Assembly (NCBI RefSeq): GCF_000142905.1
Contig: NW_013657659.1
Location: 408,483 to 472,482 of the forward strand
Direction of reading: 5' to 3'
DNA length: 64,000 bases
From: Thecamonas trahens ATCC 50062
Lineage: Eukaryota; Protista; Apusomonadida
A program made the position numbers and the translations under genes. Shown one piece after another: positions 32,181 to 42,300 of this stretch. The notes beneath the pieces were generated by a model. It was not told the DNA's origin. It worked only from the letters and a program-made list of their open reading frames with translations, and made no database searches. The stretch's first letter is position 1, and each line of letters opens with the position of its first letter.

Positions 32181-35100
32181 ATGTCGGACGACTGGGATGA
32201 CATTCTCAACGACTTTGCAGAGACGACGGACATGAGCTCGGTGACAGCTGCGTTGGAGGAAGGCGGCAAGACGGTGGCGGCCGAGGCCGAGGCTCTTGCT
32301 GCTGCCCAGGCACGCATTGCCGCCGCCACCGAGGAGGCCAAGAAGGCCCGCCCGCCTCCGCCATCCGGCCCGCCGCCATCCGGCCCGCGCCAGCCACCGC
32401 CTCCGGCCCATCGTCCGCCGGACGGCGGTGACGGTGGTGATACTGACGCGGTGGCTGCTGACGATGCCGACGCTGTCCGCGCCAAGCGGCTGGCCGAGGC
32501 CAAGGCTCGCCTCGCCAAGCAGGACGCCGAGCGGCGAAAGGCAGCACAGGCGGCGGTTGCTGAAAAGATCAAGGCCGAGGAGGCGGCCAAGCCCAAGCTC
32601 AATCTCGCAAGCAAGGGAGCGGTCAAGCAGAGCAAGATGCCCAAGGCCGAGTCACCAGCGGAGGCGGCTGATACGTCGGGAGATCCTGCTGCGCCTGAGC
32701 CTGCGCCGCTGCCGAGGGCGAGCCTGACCGGCGGGCCAGCTGGTGGCGACGCGTCGTTTGCGACGTCGACGGCCAATCCCGCGCCCAAGCTCACTCCTGC
32801 GCCGCTGGGGCTGGACGCGGCGGTGACGCCCGGGGGCTCGTCGGTGGCGCTCGATGGGGGCGACGGAGCGAGCAGCTCCACCGATCCGGAGCTGGCAGGC
32901 GTTGATCCGGCGCAGTACGCGCACGTGGTCGAGCTGAGCAGCGCATGGGACGCGCACACCGCCGGCGGCTCGTTCAACTACCCACAGACGGTGGGCAACA
33001 ACCCGCAGTTCTTCCTGACGGTGCCCGAGGAGAGCGGCGGCGTCGAGGTGGTGTTGGTCTTGACGCAGCTCGAGCGGCCGACGCCGCAGCAGAACCACTC
33101 GATGCAGATCCTAGTGACGCAGTCGGGCGGAAAGCGGATCTCGGGTGGCGTGTACCAGAACGAGGTGGTGGCCAACTCGGGCGGATACGTCAACACGACG
33201 TCGGTCAAGCTCGCGGTGCGGCTTGAGGGTGCGGCGACGCCGTACACGGTCCTTGTCTCGACGTTTATGCCCGGCAATGAGGCACCGCTCAAGGTGACTC
33301 TGTGCACCGACGAGAGCGAAGTGAGCCTCGAGCCGGCGGCAACGGTGGCCGAGGCCGGCAAGTACGTCCACAAGCGGTCGCTCGACTCGGCGTGGCATGC
33401 CGACAACTCGGGCGGCTGCATGAACTATCCGACGATGAAGGACAACCCGCAGTTCTTCATCACGACGCCCAAGCCCGGCCCGCCGTCGGCGCCCAAGCCG
33501 CCGGTGGCGGTCCACATCTCACTCACGCAGAACCTGCCTCCGGGCTCGGCCCTGCATCCGATCGGGTTTGTGGTGGCGTACCGCAACGGCTCGCGCATCA
33601 CGTCGGCCCTCCGCAAGAGCGAGCACATTGGCTCGTCGGGCCAATTTGTCAACCTTGCGACGGTTGATGCGAGCTTTGAGCTCGAGTGCCGACCGCGGCC
33701 GTACACGCTCGTGGTCTCGACGTTTGAACCCGGGTGCGAGGCGCCGTTCACGGTCAGTGTCGAGTCTGCCACGCCGCTCAAGGTGGTGCAGGCGGCGCCA
33801 GCGTCTGCGCCGCGGGTGGAGATCCACAACACCAACACCGAAGCCAAGATTGTGGAGCACCACTCGGGCAAGTCGTTCCTCAAGCGGACGCTGCACCACC
33901 CGCCGAGCGAGCCGTCACCCGAGTTCCTCTCGGCCGAAGTGTCGTCGGCCGGGCGGGTGTACGTCGACCCGACGTTTGGCGAGCCGAGCTGGCGGCGGTT
34001 GGTCGAGCAGGAGGTCGACTCGCTGCCGGACGGACGGCTCCCGGCGTGCTGTCTCTTTGATTCGATCGATCCGGACGACATTGTGCAGGGCGCGCTCGGA
34101 GACTGTTGGCTGCTCTCGGCCATTTCTGCCATTGCCGGCCGCGACGAAGCCGTGCTTGACCTCTTTGTCAAGGACGAGACCTCGGACGCCGGGGTCTACG
34201 GCGTGTGGTTCTGGTCGGCGGCGGGCGGGTGGACTGAGGTTGTGGTCGACGACCGGGTCCCGTTCCTCGGCGAGCGACCGCTGTATGCGTGCTCGGATGA
34301 GAAGCACGAGATGTGGCCGTCGATTGTGGAGAAGGCGTACGCCAAGTTCCAGGGCTCGTACGCAGCGCTCGACGGTGGGCTGTGCAACGACGCGTTTGTC
34401 AACCTCACCGGCGGCGTCGGCGAGTTTATCCAGTTCAAGAACGAGGTTGGCGCCGCCGAGGCCCTATGGGAGAAGCTCGTGCTGTACCACTCGGAGCGGT
34501 TTCTCCTTGCGTCAGGTTCGCACGGCAGCGACGATGCTGAGGAGAACGAGGACGGCATTGTCGACGGCCACGCGTACACGATCCTCGACGTGCGTGAGAT
34601 CGATGGGTACCGCCTGCTCAACATCCGCAATCCACACGGGACGAATGAGTGGAGCGGCGACTGGTCTGACCACGACACGCGACACTGGACGGCTGCGCGC
34701 CGCGAGGCGCTTGGGCACACCGCCGAGGACGACGGCGAGTTTTGGATTTCGATCAACGACTTTATGGCCAACTACCGGGTCATGTACGTGTGCAAAGTGT
34801 TCCCGTCGGACGAGTGGACGGAGACGTCTGCGTCGGGCGTGTTTACTGGCGCCGAGCGCGGGCCGGCCGACTGCCCGCAGTACCTGCTGACGAACCCTAG
34901 CTCTGAGCCGATGCACGTGGTTATTTCTGTGCGGCAGGCCGAGGTCCGCCCGCGCAACGCCTCGCCGCTGTACATTGGGTTCGAGGTGGTTGATCATGGC
35001 GGGCGTCCTCTGCCGCACCTCTCGGCGACGTTGAACTTTGTGGTGCCGCCCTCGCAGTTTGTCAACTTTCTGGAGGTCTCGTGGGAGGGCGAGCTCCCGC

Positions 35101-35630
35101 CGTCGGAGACGCCTTACACGCTCATTGTGCGGACGTACCAGTACACCGGCGCCAACCGGTTCCTCCTCCGCGTATTCTCCAAGGTGGCCGGCGGCGCGGA
35201 TGCCGGCGGGGAGGGCATCCAGCTCAAGGACATCACCGGCGATGCGCACACGGCGTCATGGGTCGCAGCTTCGGCGTCGGGTGCTGCCAGCACAGGCGGC
35301 GCGCCGAGCAGCGGGCCCAAGCCGTGGATCCCGCTCGCGGCAGCGGTCAAGTCCGAAGTCGCCGGTCTCCGGCAGTATGAGGGCGGGACGGCCGAGGCGA
35401 TTCCGCTGGCGCTCCGAATCGGGCAAGCGATCAAGGCGTTTTCAGCGGCGCTGCCGACGTCGGAGACGACGCGGCCCGAGTACGCAGACGGCCCGCCGGC
35501 GGTGGCCATCTTTTCACAGCTTGTCACCTTTTGCAAGGTAGCCTCCAGCCATCCGGACCCGGACGTGCTCGCGGTGTGCGACTCGCTCGAGGCGCTGCTG
35601 GACAAGATCTGCCGACGGGCTCGGGGTTGA
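32181..35630 (+). CDS. Calpain-family cysteine protease with two N-terminal and one C-terminal domain-III (CBSW/C2L) modules
   Basis: CysPc triad QGALGDCWLLSA (Cys 34104), GHAY (His 34569) and RNPHG (Asn 34629); WPSIVEKAYAKFQGSY; DGEFWIS. Domain-III motifs W...AGGSFN...NNPQF and W...SGGCMN...DNPQF lie upstream; CPQYLL lies downstream. Confidence 0.92.
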   Translation: MSDDWDDILNDFAETTDMSSVTAALEEGGKTVAAEAEALAAAQARIAAATEEAKKARPPPPSGPPPSGPRQPPPPAHRPPDGGDGGDTDAVAADDADAVRAKRLAEAKARLAKQDAERRKAAQAAVAEKIKAEEAAKPKLNLASKGAVKQSKMPKAESPAEAADTSGDPAAPEPAPLPRASLTGGPAGGDASFATSTANPAPKLTPAPLGLDAAVTPGGSSVALDGGDGASSSTDPELAGVDPAQYAHVVELSSAWDAHTAGGSFNYPQTVGNNPQFFLTVPEESGGVEVVLVLTQLERPTPQQNHSMQILVTQSGGKRISGGVYQNEVVANSGGYVNTTSVKLAVRLEGAATPYTVLVSTFMPGNEAPLKVTLCTDESEVSLEPAATVAEAGKYVHKRSLDSAWHADNSGGCMNYPTMKDNPQFFITTPKPGPPSAPKPPVAVHISLTQNLPPGSALHPIGFVVAYRNGSRITSALRKSEHIGSSGQFVNLATVDASFELECRPRPYTLVVSTFEPGCEAPFTVSVESATPLKVVQAAPASAPRVEIHNTNTEAKIVEHHSGKSFLKRTLHHPPSEPSPEFLSAEVSSAGRVYVDPTFGEPSWRRLVEQEVDSLPDGRLPACCLFDSIDPDDIVQGALGDCWLLSAISAIAGRDEAVLDLFVKDETSDAGVYGVWFWSAAGGWTEVVVDDRVPFLGERPLYACSDEKHEMWPSIVEKAYAKFQGSYAALDGGLCNDAFVNLTGGVGEFIQFKNEVGAAEALWEKLVLYHSERFLLASGSHGSDDAEENEDGIVDGHAYTILDVREIDGYRLLNIRNPHGTNEWSGDWSDHDTRHWTAARREALGHTAEDDGEFWISINDFMANYRVMYVCKVFPSDEWTETSASGVFTGAERGPADCPQYLLTNPSSEPMHVVISVRQAEVRPRNASPLYIGFEVVDHGGRPLPHLSATLNFVVPPSQFVNFLEVSWEGELPPSETPYTLIVRTYQYTGANRFLLRVFSKVAGGADAGGEGIQLKDITGDAHTASWVAASASGAASTGGAPSSGPKPWIPLAAAVKSEVAGLRQYEGGTAEAIPLALRIGQAIKAFSAALPTSETTRPEYADGPPAVAIFSQLVTFCKVASSHPDPDVLAVCDSLEALLDKICRRARG

Positions 35631-35718
35631 GGTCGCGGAGCGCCCATGACGGTGCGGTGGGACGGGCGCATTGTCGCGCGCATCCAAGTGAACAACACAG
35701 TGCTATGGCTTGGGAGGT

Positions 35719-37778
35719 TTAGCTTGTCGGCTGCTGCGAGGTCTCGCCGTCGTACTGGTACTGGTACTCGTAGGTGGAGTGGTACTCGTACTCGACCGAG
35801 GCCGAGGTCTGGCGTGCGGGCGAGGAGAGGCCAACGTCTTCCTCGCGGTCGGCCGGGGTCGAGTCGCCGCCGGCAGGCATGGCAATGGAGGAGCCTGCAC
35901 CGGAGTGACCGTAGGTGGCAAGGACCTTGCGGCGAGTGCGCTTGCCTTTGTGGCCTGTGCGGCGCGGGTGGTGTGCGGGCGCGGGCGAGAACGACGAGGC
36001 CGACGAGAGGCGAGCCGGGGCGGCGTCGGGCGACGAAGAGGACGAGGCGCGGGGCGGGTGGAGGTGCGGGTTGTGAAGGACACGCTCGGCCGAGGCGGAG
36101 GACGGGCGGTGGGGGGCGGTGCCTGCGGCCGGGTCCGGGCGGTGGTGGTGGCGGGCATCGCAGCTGTTGTTGCCGTCTTGGTCGTCGTCGTCAGCGTTGG
36201 TAGCCGAGGCCGAGTCGGACGACGAGAGAGCAAATCGCTGTGGGTCCGAGAGCGGGAGCGGGTTGTGGGGCGAGACGGTGGCGTCGGGCGGCGGCGGGCA
36301 GAGGGCCGGGTCGTCGGGCGGGGGGGCGGTGGCGGTGTCGATGGAGCGGAGCATGGCGTCGTCTTCGGGCGAGCGGACGGCGTCAAAGTACGGATGGAGG
36401 AGCGCATCGCGAGCAGTGATGCGGAGCTCCGGGTCGTAGACAAAGATACGGTTGAGGAGGTCGATGGCTGCGTCCGAGACGGCGGGGCGGCCGCCGCGCG
36501 GGGCAAGCGCGGCGAGGTCGAGGCGCGAGCGCGAGCAGCCTGCGCGCTGGAAGAGGCGCAGCGGAAAGATATGGGTGTAGGACATGTACTTGGAGTACTT
36601 TTTGAGGAAGCGGACATAGTCGTCGACGCCGAGAATGGAGACGATGGAGACCATCTGGTTCTTGTTCCACTCGATCTTGTCGTCGTCCTTGGGGCAGGGA
36701 AAGAACGGGTAGCGGTTGAAGAGCAGAGCGCCCATGATGCAGCCAAAGGACCAGACGTCGGTAGCGTAGTCGTAGTACTTGTAGTGGAGGAAGAGCTCGG
36801 GCGACTTTGTGTAGCGGGTGCCCGGCCAGCGGGCGAGCTTAACGCCGGCCCAGTAAAAGGCGGCAAAGCCCCAGTCGATGAGCTTGAGCTCGCGGGTCTT
36901 GGGATTGTACAGGGTGTTGGTCGGCTTGACGTCGAGGTGCATGATGCCGAGGGCGTGGGTAAAGTGCAGGGCGCGGAGGAGGGCGTAGAGGTACCACACG
37001 CTCTCATCCGGTTTCATGCGGGCGTACAGCTTGGCACACGGCAGCGGCTGCTTGATGTACTCAAAGACAATCATGGCGAGGTCGCGCTTCTTGTCGCGGA
37101 CAAGGTCGAGGAAGCGGATGATGTTCGGCCCGTCGCTGACCAGCTTGAGGTTCATGATCTCCATCTTGAGGCGCTTGGTGTTGGCCTTTTCCGGCTTCAT
37201 GGTCTTGACCACCACCTTTTCGCCCGACGGCATGTGAGTAGCCATGTACACGGCGCCATACGAGCCCTCGCCGACCTTCTTGGACCAGTGGACCTTGTAC
37301 GCCGACCGCTTCCCCCACCGAATGTTGTACGTCCGCGACTTGAATCGCTCCTCGGGATACCGCGCATTGACATAAGTGTAGATCGAGGCCTTGTACTGCG
37401 GCGGGATCTACGCAGAGAGCGAGAGGGTGACGGAGAGCAAGAGCGAGAGTGAGTCTGTTGCGCCCAGGCCCCACCCTGGTGGGTAGGGTGTGGTGTGTGT
37501 GTGGGGAGGGGGGGGAGGGGGGGCATGTATATGTATGCATGTATGCATGCGTGTGTGTGTGTGTATCTGTGTGTATGGTGTGCGGGTGTCCCCCCCCCCC
37601 CTCCCTTCCTCTCTCTCCCCCCTCCCTCCCCTTTGTTCGTGTCTCCCCTACCCCCCTTTGTTCGTACCGTCGGCGGGTCATCCTCGCCCTCCTCCCATGA
37701 CGAGTCGTACGAGGACGAGCCCAGCCATTTTGACGAAGGAGGCTTGGCACCCAAACAGCACCATAACGAAGAGAACAT
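35719..37778 (-). CDS. Divergent casein kinase II alpha-like kinase; exons 37778-37668 and 37407-35719
   Basis: [55 protein letters not shown]2-specific [26 protein letters not shown]. Intron gtacga...cgtag is in phase 0; an upstream in-frame ATG is also possible. Confidence 0.85.
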
Positions 37779-38270
37779 TCCCCTTGTGCTCTCCTTCCCA
37801 CGCCTGCCGTAGTGGAGAGGTGCTCTCACCCTCACCCTCACCTGCTGCTGCTGCGTGTTGTCGCTGCCACTGCTGGCTGGCTGGCCACGGCCGGGCTCGA
37901 AGCTGCTTATCAACCACTCGTCGGCCAAGCCCACCACCCTGCTCATCATCGCGTGTGCTGGGGACGATTTCAGATGCGATCGGATAGTTTTGTGGCAGGT
38001 GTGGTGGTGGTTGTGGCCGCGGTGGGATTGGATGGAGGCTGTGTGTGTGTGTGTGTATGTGTGTGTATGTGTGTGTGTGGGTGTGTGGGTGTGTGTGAGC
38101 GCATGGCGGGGTGTGGCAGCGTTTCTGTCGAGCGAATGTTCGAAGCTCCCATTGATTCTCGGATTGATGGACAAGAAGTCGATCACGGACGTCAGCCCCA
38201 CCCCCGCCCCCCCTCCCCCGGACCGGTCACCGCACTCCTCTCTCTCTCTCTCTGCTGCTACTCACACACC

Positions 38271-39299
38271 ATGGCGGCCAAGGAGCAGATTGTGGTGATG
38301 GGCATGGAGGGCTCTGCCAATAAGATCGGTGTGGGCCTTGTGACAGCCGACGGAGTCATTCTCTCCAATGTCCGCAAGACCTACGTGACACCCGCCGGCG
38401 AGGGCTTCCTCCCGCGACACACGGCTGCGCATCATCGGTCGGTGGTGGTGGGCCTGGTGGAGGATGCGCTCGCCGAGGCCGGGCTGACGCCTGACAGGGT
38501 TACGGCCATTGCCTTTACCAAGGGTCCGGGCATGGGCGCGCCGCTGACGGCTGTGGCTGTGGTGGCGAGGGTCCTTTCGCAGCTGTGGGGCAAGCCGCTG
38601 GTGGGGGTCAACCACTGCGTGGGCCACATTGAGATGGGCCGGCTCATCACCAAGGCAGCGAACCCGACGGTGTTGTATGTCTCTGGTGGAAACACCCAGA
38701 TTATCGCCTACTCGATGAGCCGCTACCGCATCTTTGGCGAGACCATCGACATTGCGGTCGGCAACTGCCTCGATCGCTTCGCCCGTATCGTCGGCTTGCC
38801 GAACGACCCGTCGCCGGGCTACAACATCGAGCTGGCTGCTCGCGACGGCTCGACCTTTATCGAGCTGCCATACGTGGTCAAGGGTATGGACGTCTCGTTC
38901 TCCGGCCTGCTCTCCTACCTCAAGGCCGCCACTCCCCAGCTGCTGGAGAGCGGCAAGGCGACCGTGGCCGACCTCTGCTTCTCGCTGCAGGAGACCGTCT
39001 TTGCCATGCTCATCGAGGTTACCGAGCGTGCCATGGCCCACACCGGATCGGACGAGGTGCTCATTGTGGGCGGCGTCGGCTGCAACAAGCGACTGCAGGA
39101 CATGATGGGCGTTATGGTGGCCGAGCGGGGCGGCACCCTCTATGCCACCGACATGCGCTACTGCATCGACAACGGCGCCATGATTGCCCAGGCCGGCCTG
39201 CTCATGTACCAGCACGGCCTCACCACTTCGCTCGACGAGTCGACGGTCACGCAGAGGTTCCGCACCGACGCCGTCGACGTGGTGTGGCGGAGTGACTGA
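38271..39299 (+). CDS. KAE1: tRNA N6-threonylcarbamoyltransferase Kae1/OSGEP (KEOPS subunit)
   Basis: [92 protein letters not shown]. Confidence 0.97.
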   Translation: MAAKEQIVVMGMEGSANKIGVGLVTADGVILSNVRKTYVTPAGEGFLPRHTAAHHRSVVVGLVEDALAEAGLTPDRVTAIAFTKGPGMGAPLTAVAVVARVLSQLWGKPLVGVNHCVGHIEMGRLITKAANPTVLYVSGGNTQIIAYSMSRYRIFGETIDIAVGNCLDRFARIVGLPNDPSPGYNIELAARDGSTFIELPYVVKGMDVSFSGLLSYLKAATPQLLESGKATVADLCFSLQETVFAMLIEVTERAMAHTGSDEVLIVGGVGCNKRLQDMMGVMVAERGGTLYATDMRYCIDNGAMIAQAGLLMYQHGLTTSLDESTVTQRFRTDAVDVVWRSD

Positions 39300-39314
39300 C
39301 GAGATGAGTCTGCT

Positions 39315-42300
39315 TCATTCGCTGCGGTGGGAGAGCGCCGGCCCAACCAGCCGCGCAAAGTCGTCAAAGGCGACCACGCCCTGGCGCGCCTCGTCCATCT
39401 CGCGGAAGAGTGCCCGCGCCACGGCTGGCGCAATCCGGAGGCCGAGCCGACTCAGCCCGGCCTCGAACGCTCCCAGAGTCAGCGAGCCGGCGGCGTCAGC
39501 GTCGAGCGCGGTAAAGGCGTCGAGGAGGTACCAGTTGCGGGCGTGAATGGCCCAGGCCAGCCGCGCGAGCGCAGCCGCCACATGCAGGACACTGACCTCG
39601 GTCACAATCCCGAGGACCGTCTCTAGCGAAGGCGGTGAAGCGGTCTGCCGGCGGCGGCGGACTGCGCGCGTGGCTGCGAAAAAGTCGCGCCGGGCTCCGA
39701 CCTCGCTCCGCTGCAATGCGCGGAGCGCCGAGTTGCGGGCGAGGAGGCCAAACTCGACGTCACCGTCAAAGAACCGCAGCGCGCCCGACGCAAGGTCTGC
39801 CTGTGACGGCGGCGGTGGCGCGTAGCCTGCGGTGGCGTCGAGAACAAGCTCGCTCTCGGCGCCGATCCGGAGCGCAAAGTACCCGCCGCCGCCCATGGCC
39901 GCGGTTCCGGCTGTCCGCGCCGAGTGAACCAGCGCCCGCAGCGCCGCGGCCTCGTCGAGAGTCACAAGCACAAAGTACCGCCCACCTTGCTCGCGGTAGT
40001 ACGCATGCGCCGCTAGCACTTGTGCAACCTCAGCCTCGCTCCTCCCCACGCTCGCCTTGATCCACTCGAGCATGCCGGCAGAAGCCTCGGCCTCTACGTG
40101 GACGTCGAGTGCGTCGAGGAGCGCGTTGACGCCGGCTGGGCCGAGCTCGCGCCGCCGCGGCTCGCCGTCCATCTCAACAAGGAGGCCGAATGCGTTCTCA
40201 AACTCGGCGCGGACCTCGGTCCCGCGCTCCAGGTGAGGAACTCGGCGGACCCCGCCCGACGCGCTCGATGTGCCAGACCCGTCGAGCTCGCTCGCCCGCG
40301 GGACTACCTCGAGCACCACGATCTTGTTCTTGAGCCGCCGCGCCGAGCCGGTCCAGCTCGGCTTGTAAAAGTTCCGCGAATGCAACAGGTAGCCCGGAAA
40401 GGCAAGTTGCGGACAGCGGGCGTCGAGGCGGAACGTCTCCAGTGGAATGAACGGGTGCGAGGCCGACGAGTTGGGCGGCTGCGAGAGCGACGCGCGCGGC
40501 CACGGCGCCGGGCCCTCGTCTGCACGCGAGTACCGGAGCGATGCAAACCGTGCCGTCTCCTGCTCGCGCTCCTTCTCGACCTGCATCTCCTGCTCTTGCT
40601 CTTGCTCTTGCTCTTGCTCTTGCTCTTGCTCCTGCTCCTGCTCTTGCTCCTGCACCGCGTCGAGCATCCGTAAGTCCGGCCCGCCGCTGGGCGAGCCGTC
40701 GCTGCTCACGGCGCGCGACCGGATGAGTGCACCGAGCGTCTCGCGCTCGTCAGCCGAGGTGAGGAGCGGGCCAAAGCGAGAGGCGAGTGACTTGACAAAG
40801 GCGACAAAGCCGGTCTCGCCTGGCGGGGCGCCACCCGGTGCGGCGCTCAGATCGTGGCTCACGCTCTCGCGGAAGACCTCGATAGCCAGCCGAGTCTCTT
40901 CCTCGGACGCGCCTGGGGTGGCAAGCACTTTTGCCGCGGCCTTGCGGTAGACGTTGGCGATGCACTGCTCAGCGAGAAGCGCAGCCTGCAGGCCCTGCGA
41001 GGCAATCGAGTTGGCGAGGAGCCATGCGACGATGCAGGCAAGGTCTAGCCGCGGCTGGATGGCGACGATGCGGGCCTCGAGCTGCGGGACAACCAGGACG
41101 TGGAGCCGCTGGCCTGCGCCGATGCCGCGCATGCGGAAGGCAGCCTGTGCGTAGTCGCGGAACGTCATATCCTTACCAAGCGTGAGGAGCGCGACGGCGG
41201 TCGGAGCCTGGGCAATGTCCATGCCTGTGGTGTGGACCTGGTCGTAAAAGGTGAACAGCCGCCGTGGCTCGACGCCGCAGTGGGCGAGGTCGACAACGGT
41301 GTACTTGGCGCCTCCAGAGACGGGCTCGTCCGGAGCCGGCCCACGCGCGACGGCGTCCTCGTCGACCGAGTGGACACGGAGCACCACTTTCTTGGCGTCG
41401 GCCTCGTCGAGGAAGACCACGCCAGCGCAGTGGGCGAGGCCAGCGTCGAGGAGGTAGACCGCCACCTCGAGGTTGGACATGCCGGTGATGAGGGCGCCGG
41501 CGTCGATGAGCGCGTTGTACCGCGACTGCGCTGCGAGGCTGTCAAGGAGCGAGGCAGGCGTCCAGTCTGTCGGAGCGGCGACGAGCGACATGACGTTTCC
41601 CGACGTGAGGAGGTTGATCATCTTGCCGTCGTCACCAGCTTCGTAGCGACACGAGCCGAACTCGCGCGGGAGCAGGTCCGATGGCGTGCCCGAGAACCCG
41701 AGGCGCGTGCCAAACAGCATCTCGCCGCCGAGCTCCTGGCCTGACGCCGAGAGCTTGAGCGGCTGGAAGGTCATGGTTCGTGGGAAAACAAAGGTGTCGA
41801 GGTAGTAAGCGATGGCGGCCGGTGACTTGGCCAAGAGTGCGTACATGGTCTCCATTTGCCCTGCATCGCGCGGGTTGAGCAGATGCAGCGGCCAGAGCTC
41901 GTCGTCCCACTCGGCAAGCTCTGCGGCGGCAGCACCGGCTACAGCAGCATCAGCAAAGGCGGCAGCAGATGCGGCGTCCGAGCTGGAGGCACCTGTAGGC
42001 GACGCCAGCCGCGCAAATCGGTCGGCATCTGACACACCGGCACGGAGCGAGCCAGCGAGTTTGCGAAGGTGGGCATAGCCGCGGACAGTCTTGCCGGCGG
42101 CGGCCACCCACTTGGCGTACATGATGGACGTGCGGCGGGTGAGGTAGGGGCCCGACTCGGCAGCCATCGACTCGCGGAGGACCGAGATGAGGGTGGCAAA
42201 GTCTGAGGAGCGGAGGCCTTCGTAGGTGTAGGCGAGGATGGTGAGGCCGATGGCGACTTCGGCGTGGGAGAACTCGTTGGTGCGAGAGGCCACGTCCTTG

